From NCBI GenBank assembly GCA_964016885.1, contig OZ024740.1:401822001-401886000 (forward strand): a stretch of 64,000 nucleotides of DNA. The letters run 5' to 3'. Numbering within the stretch: position 1 is the first letter of the stretch; each line of letters opens with the position of its first letter. The notes below the pieces were generated by a model. It saw only the letters and a program-made list of their open reading frames with translations, did no database searches and was not told the origin of the DNA. Below, in pieces: positions 60,022 through 64,000 of the stretch. A program made the position numbers and the translations under genes. The stretch is from Eledone cirrhosa. Its lineage: Eukaryota.

Positions 60022-61070
60022 TACCGTGACGATGGTCTTTTGACCATAACTAAGTGCGGACCTCGTGCTTGCGACAGGTTCAGAAAAGAACTCACAGCCT
60101 TCTTTAAAGGCTTCAACATCTCTATACAGGTTGAGGCCTATCTCTCGGTCGTTAATTACCTCGACGTTACCCTCAATTTATTGAATGGGTTGTATTACCC
60201 GTATAGAAAGCCGAATGATACGCTTAATTACATAAGTAAGCATTCCAACCATCCTGCCAACATAACCAAGAACCTGGTAAGAAACGTTTCGTTGAGGCCT
60301 TCCCGTGTTTCCACCAACGAGCGTATTTTCAACGACCATTCCACTTATTACAATGAAGCTCTTGCTCGGAGTGGATTTGTCGATAAGGTAGCATATACAG
60401 AGTACGAAAATAGACCTATAAGAAATAGATCGCGTCGCATTTGTTGGTATAACACACCATATAATATGGAGGTGGCCACACCATTAGCTAAGACCTTTCT
60501 TTCCCTTATTACGATGCATTTTCCCCATACACATAAATATAGTAACATTTTTAATAGAAATACTATTAAAATTTCTTACTCTACGACTCCTAACCTTGCA
60601 CATAACATCACAGCTTCAAATTTAGCTAAACTACCTAACCGTAGGAATACGTGCAACCCTGTAGTTAGTACTAACTGTAATTGTAGGAATCGGGCTGTTT
60701 GCCCCCTATCCGGGAAATGCCTCTCTAGTAACATTGTCTACAAATGTAAGGTTGTAACACCCAGCGTCTTTACATGCATACCCATTCTTTTCGTTACCCT
60801 CTAAGAAGGAATATGACGTCACTTTCAGCTTATATCTGGAGTCTAAAACACAACCACACCCAATATAAGTTACACTGGGGGATCCTAGCTAGGGCTAGAT
60901 CGTATAACGGAAATAAATGACCATGTGACCTCTGCGCCGCTGAGGCCCTGGAAATACTCTACGCCACAGACCACATCTTAAACAAAAAATATGAGGCAAT
61001 TTCGGCTTGTAAACATAAATTGCACAAAACTTTCCTGTATTACAGCCCCACGTTATACCCTAACGGATAG
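60022..61070 (+). pseudogene. Penelope-like retroelement ORF remnant (RT from catalytic motif, thumb, Zn linker, GIY-YIG endonuclease), Naiad-like
   Basis: tac-cgt-gac-gat-ggt-ctt (YRDDGL, 60022-60039) is in frame with ORF 60040-60804 (NYLDVTLNL..YRKPND..YISKHSNHP..WYNTPY..IFNRNTIKISYS). The linker NCNCRNRAVCPLSGKC is CxCx5Cx5C. After a deletion/frameshift near 60770 the GIY-YIG C-terminal half continues (HSFRY..TSLSAYIWSLK..WGIL..CDLC..E..ILNKKYE..SACKH) with an in-frame TGA at 60918. 5'-truncated next to TA-rich repeat. Confidence 0.92.
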
Positions 61071-61647
61071 TACGATCTGTACGTGGATATTTTACGTCTT
61101 GATGTGGGAGCTAAGTATATGTTCTGTTTATTCCTTTACTTATTTGCATAGGTATGTATATATTACCCGTATGTTTTCTGAAGGTACGTATACGTTCTCG
61201 TACGTATATTTGATTGTTATGGCGTATAATTTTATATATTCTGGTACATAGGGTTTGGCTATGTGTATACGGCAGTTTTGCGTCTGTGTGAATATGCAGG
61301 TTCGTACGTATGGTCGGTGTGTGTATATGTGTACTTCTTGTTTTAGTTGACTTACGTCTCCGAACATTCGTGTATTTATATGTAGGTATGTGTGTGCGCT
61401 TGTTATATACGTATTTATTTATATACGTTTATATAATTATTTAATTATTTATATACACGCATACACACACACACATATTTATATGTGCATGGTTTTGTAT
61501 ACCAATGGTAAGGTTTTGCGTATGCTTGTGTATGTACGTATTTGTTTGCGTGTATGTATTTATTTATTTCTATTACTTCTGTATTGTATTTATTTACTTT
61601 GTTCTTAACTCTGTAGCGGAGATTCATTTTGTCTCCTAGTTAGAATT

Positions 61648-61906
61648 TTAGTCTACGACTTCTGCTATACCATTTACGTGGTTTTGTCTTTGCGTGTTAT
61701 TGTTCTCTCTGATCCACATATGACGTATTATCTTCGTTTTTTCGTTCATTGCCAGAGAACGTCTCTATGCACCACCTAAGAGAACATTAGTCTACGACCT
61801 CTTTTATACCATAAACGTGGTTCTGTCTTTGCGCGTAATTGTTTTTCACCGCTCCTATTAATGACGTATTATTCGTTTTTTCCCGTTCTTTGCCAGCGAA
61901 CGTTTC
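61648..61906 (+). repeat. Two diverged ~139-bp tandem units in the PLE 3' region
   Basis: ttagtctacgac..atacca..acgtgg..tgtctttgcg..atgacgtatta..cgtttttt..tgccag.gaacgt occurs at about 61648 and about 61787. Confidence 0.8.
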
Positions 61907-62093
61907 CACGAACCAAAGTATCGTCTTCCTGTCTTCCTCCGGTTGCAACGTTTTTTTAAATATCCAGTTCTGCGTTTACAGATTGACTTTGTTAGTTTCA
62001 GAATAACCCGTTAAGGGTGAACGCACCGATTCTTTGCTTAAACTTTAATCTGTTATTTTAATAAATATAATATATATATATATATATATGTAC

Positions 62094-62125
<32 letters not shown>

Positions 62126-62150
62126 TTACATATATATATACATATATATG

Positions 62151-62228
<78 letters not shown>

Positions 62229-62231
<3 letters not shown>

Positions 62232-62361
62232 GTTATTCCGGGTTGAATCGGAGGTAACCACAGTAAGTAAGGTACTCAATACATAGCAGAGTATAAAAGT
62301 TTTAATATAGATGAGATTCTACAGGACTAGAACTGTTTCATTCATTAGAAATCAACAGGAA

Positions 62362-62364
<3 letters not shown>
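62229..62364 (-). mobile_element. Family C copy with hammerhead (62314-62364, core mutated to CTGTTGA) and tail
   Basis: Reverse complement reads agattc-CTGTTGA-tttc taat gaat-GAAA-cag ttctagtc ctg-TA-gaatct, then the ACTC..GAGTAC tail. (TA)n on both sides. Confidence 0.85.
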
Positions 62365-62412
<48 letters not shown>

Positions 62413-62966
62413 TAGGTTTGTATATGAAATCATATGCGCTATGGTTATCATATACCCGATTAATGATGATCCCTGTTAGGGAATCTTCTATGAACTATAT
62501 ATATAAATATACATATATCCATCCATATATACATGCGTATATAAAAAAATACATCCATGCATAAATACACTCATACATATATACAGACAGATATGAATTT
62601 ACATGTTCACATGTTTACATATTAGATATGTGCATATATTTATACACGTTGGTGTAGTCACGGTTGCACACTCTGTATTTATACACTTATAACTTTATCG
62701 TAGGCTTTGGCTCCTAGCGCCCTGCTTCTTTTAGTCAATTACCTAATTATATGGAAATTAGTATTCAAAAATTAGTATTCAGAACAATACTAAAGCAAAT
62801 CTATATATATATACCCATCATGTTTCGTTATATTTGTTTGGATTATATACAGGTCTTCCGTTGAGGGCCCCATGAAATCTGAGAACCGATTGGAGCGTTT
62901 GACATTCTTTCAATTTACTGGGAAATTCTTATTTTCTGGCATGTTTGCATGCCTACATATAGTTAT

Positions 62967-63041
<75 letters not shown>

Positions 63042-63047
<6 letters not shown>

Positions 63048-63115
63048 GTCTAGTAGGAAATTTGTAGAAATTTGTATTTTTACCACAAATTTCTACAAAT
63101 ATCATACTTAACGAC

Positions 63116-63179
<64 letters not shown>

Positions 63180-63237
63180 GTCGTTAAGTATGTTATTTGT
63201 AGAAATTTGAGGTAAAAATACAAATTTCTACAAATTT
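63042..63237. mobile_element. Small mariner-like TIR element (MITE) 63042-63121 and an inverted partial copy 63174-63237 across (TA)n
   Basis: tattgggtc..atttgtagaaatttg / caaatttctacaaat..gacccaata termini in TA context. Confidence 0.6.
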
Positions 63238-63287
63238 ATATATACATATATACATATATACATATATATATATATATATGTATGTAT

Positions 63288-64000
<713 letters not shown>

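Larger units (their letters stand above)
60018..62066 (+). mobile_element. 5'-truncated Penelope-like element with 3' UTR and terminal (pLTR-type) sequence of palindrome family H
   Basis: The ORF remnant is followed by about 900 bp of UTR-like DNA and then 61994-62066 (agtttcagaataacccgttaagggtgaacgcaccgattctttgcttaaactttaatctgttattttaata), which matches the arms at 5722-5824 and 55113-55253. Both ends lie in TA-rich repeat. Confidence 0.75.

Noticed and set aside
60918-60920. In-frame TGA in the Naiad-like GIY-YIG domain as selenocysteine (some Naiads are selenoproteins)
   Set aside because: It is not at a conserved Cys position (K*PCDLC) and is more simply a CGA-to-TGA decay. All CxCx5Cx5C codons are TGY, and no convincing SECIS was seen around the ATGAC motifs in the 3' tandem repeats.

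Overview
AT-rich, microsatellite-saturated animal DNA with no recognisable host protein-coding exon. The SINE and LINE content suggests a cephalopod (Octopus-like) intron or intergenic region; that assignment is an inference. Almost every ORF in the supplied track is translated (TA)n/(CA)n/(GA)n and is spurious. Real features are decayed mobile elements: many tRNA-derived SINEs, RTE-, CRE- and R4/Dong-like LINE fragments, Tc1/mariner remnants, a 17-bp minisatellite, and a 5'-truncated Penelope-like retroelement (PLE; YRDDGL reverse transcriptase, CxCx5Cx5C linker, GIY-YIG, Naiad-like) at about 60.0-62.1 kb. The main signal is a dense set of about 10 sequence-unrelated short element families inserted in (TA)n tracts with a shared design: a fold-back palindrome of 50-250-bp arms, often a type I hammerhead ribozyme (clean or near-clean folds at about 7 loci, plus a CAGAAGA core variant and degenerate copies), and a 3' tail on one arm only. 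The tail starts with a covarying RCTC...GAGY hairpin about 4-8 nt after the point where the tail-less inverted arm ends. One family is attached to the Penelope ORF. Folding and alignment were done by eye, so boundaries next to (TA)n are approximate.
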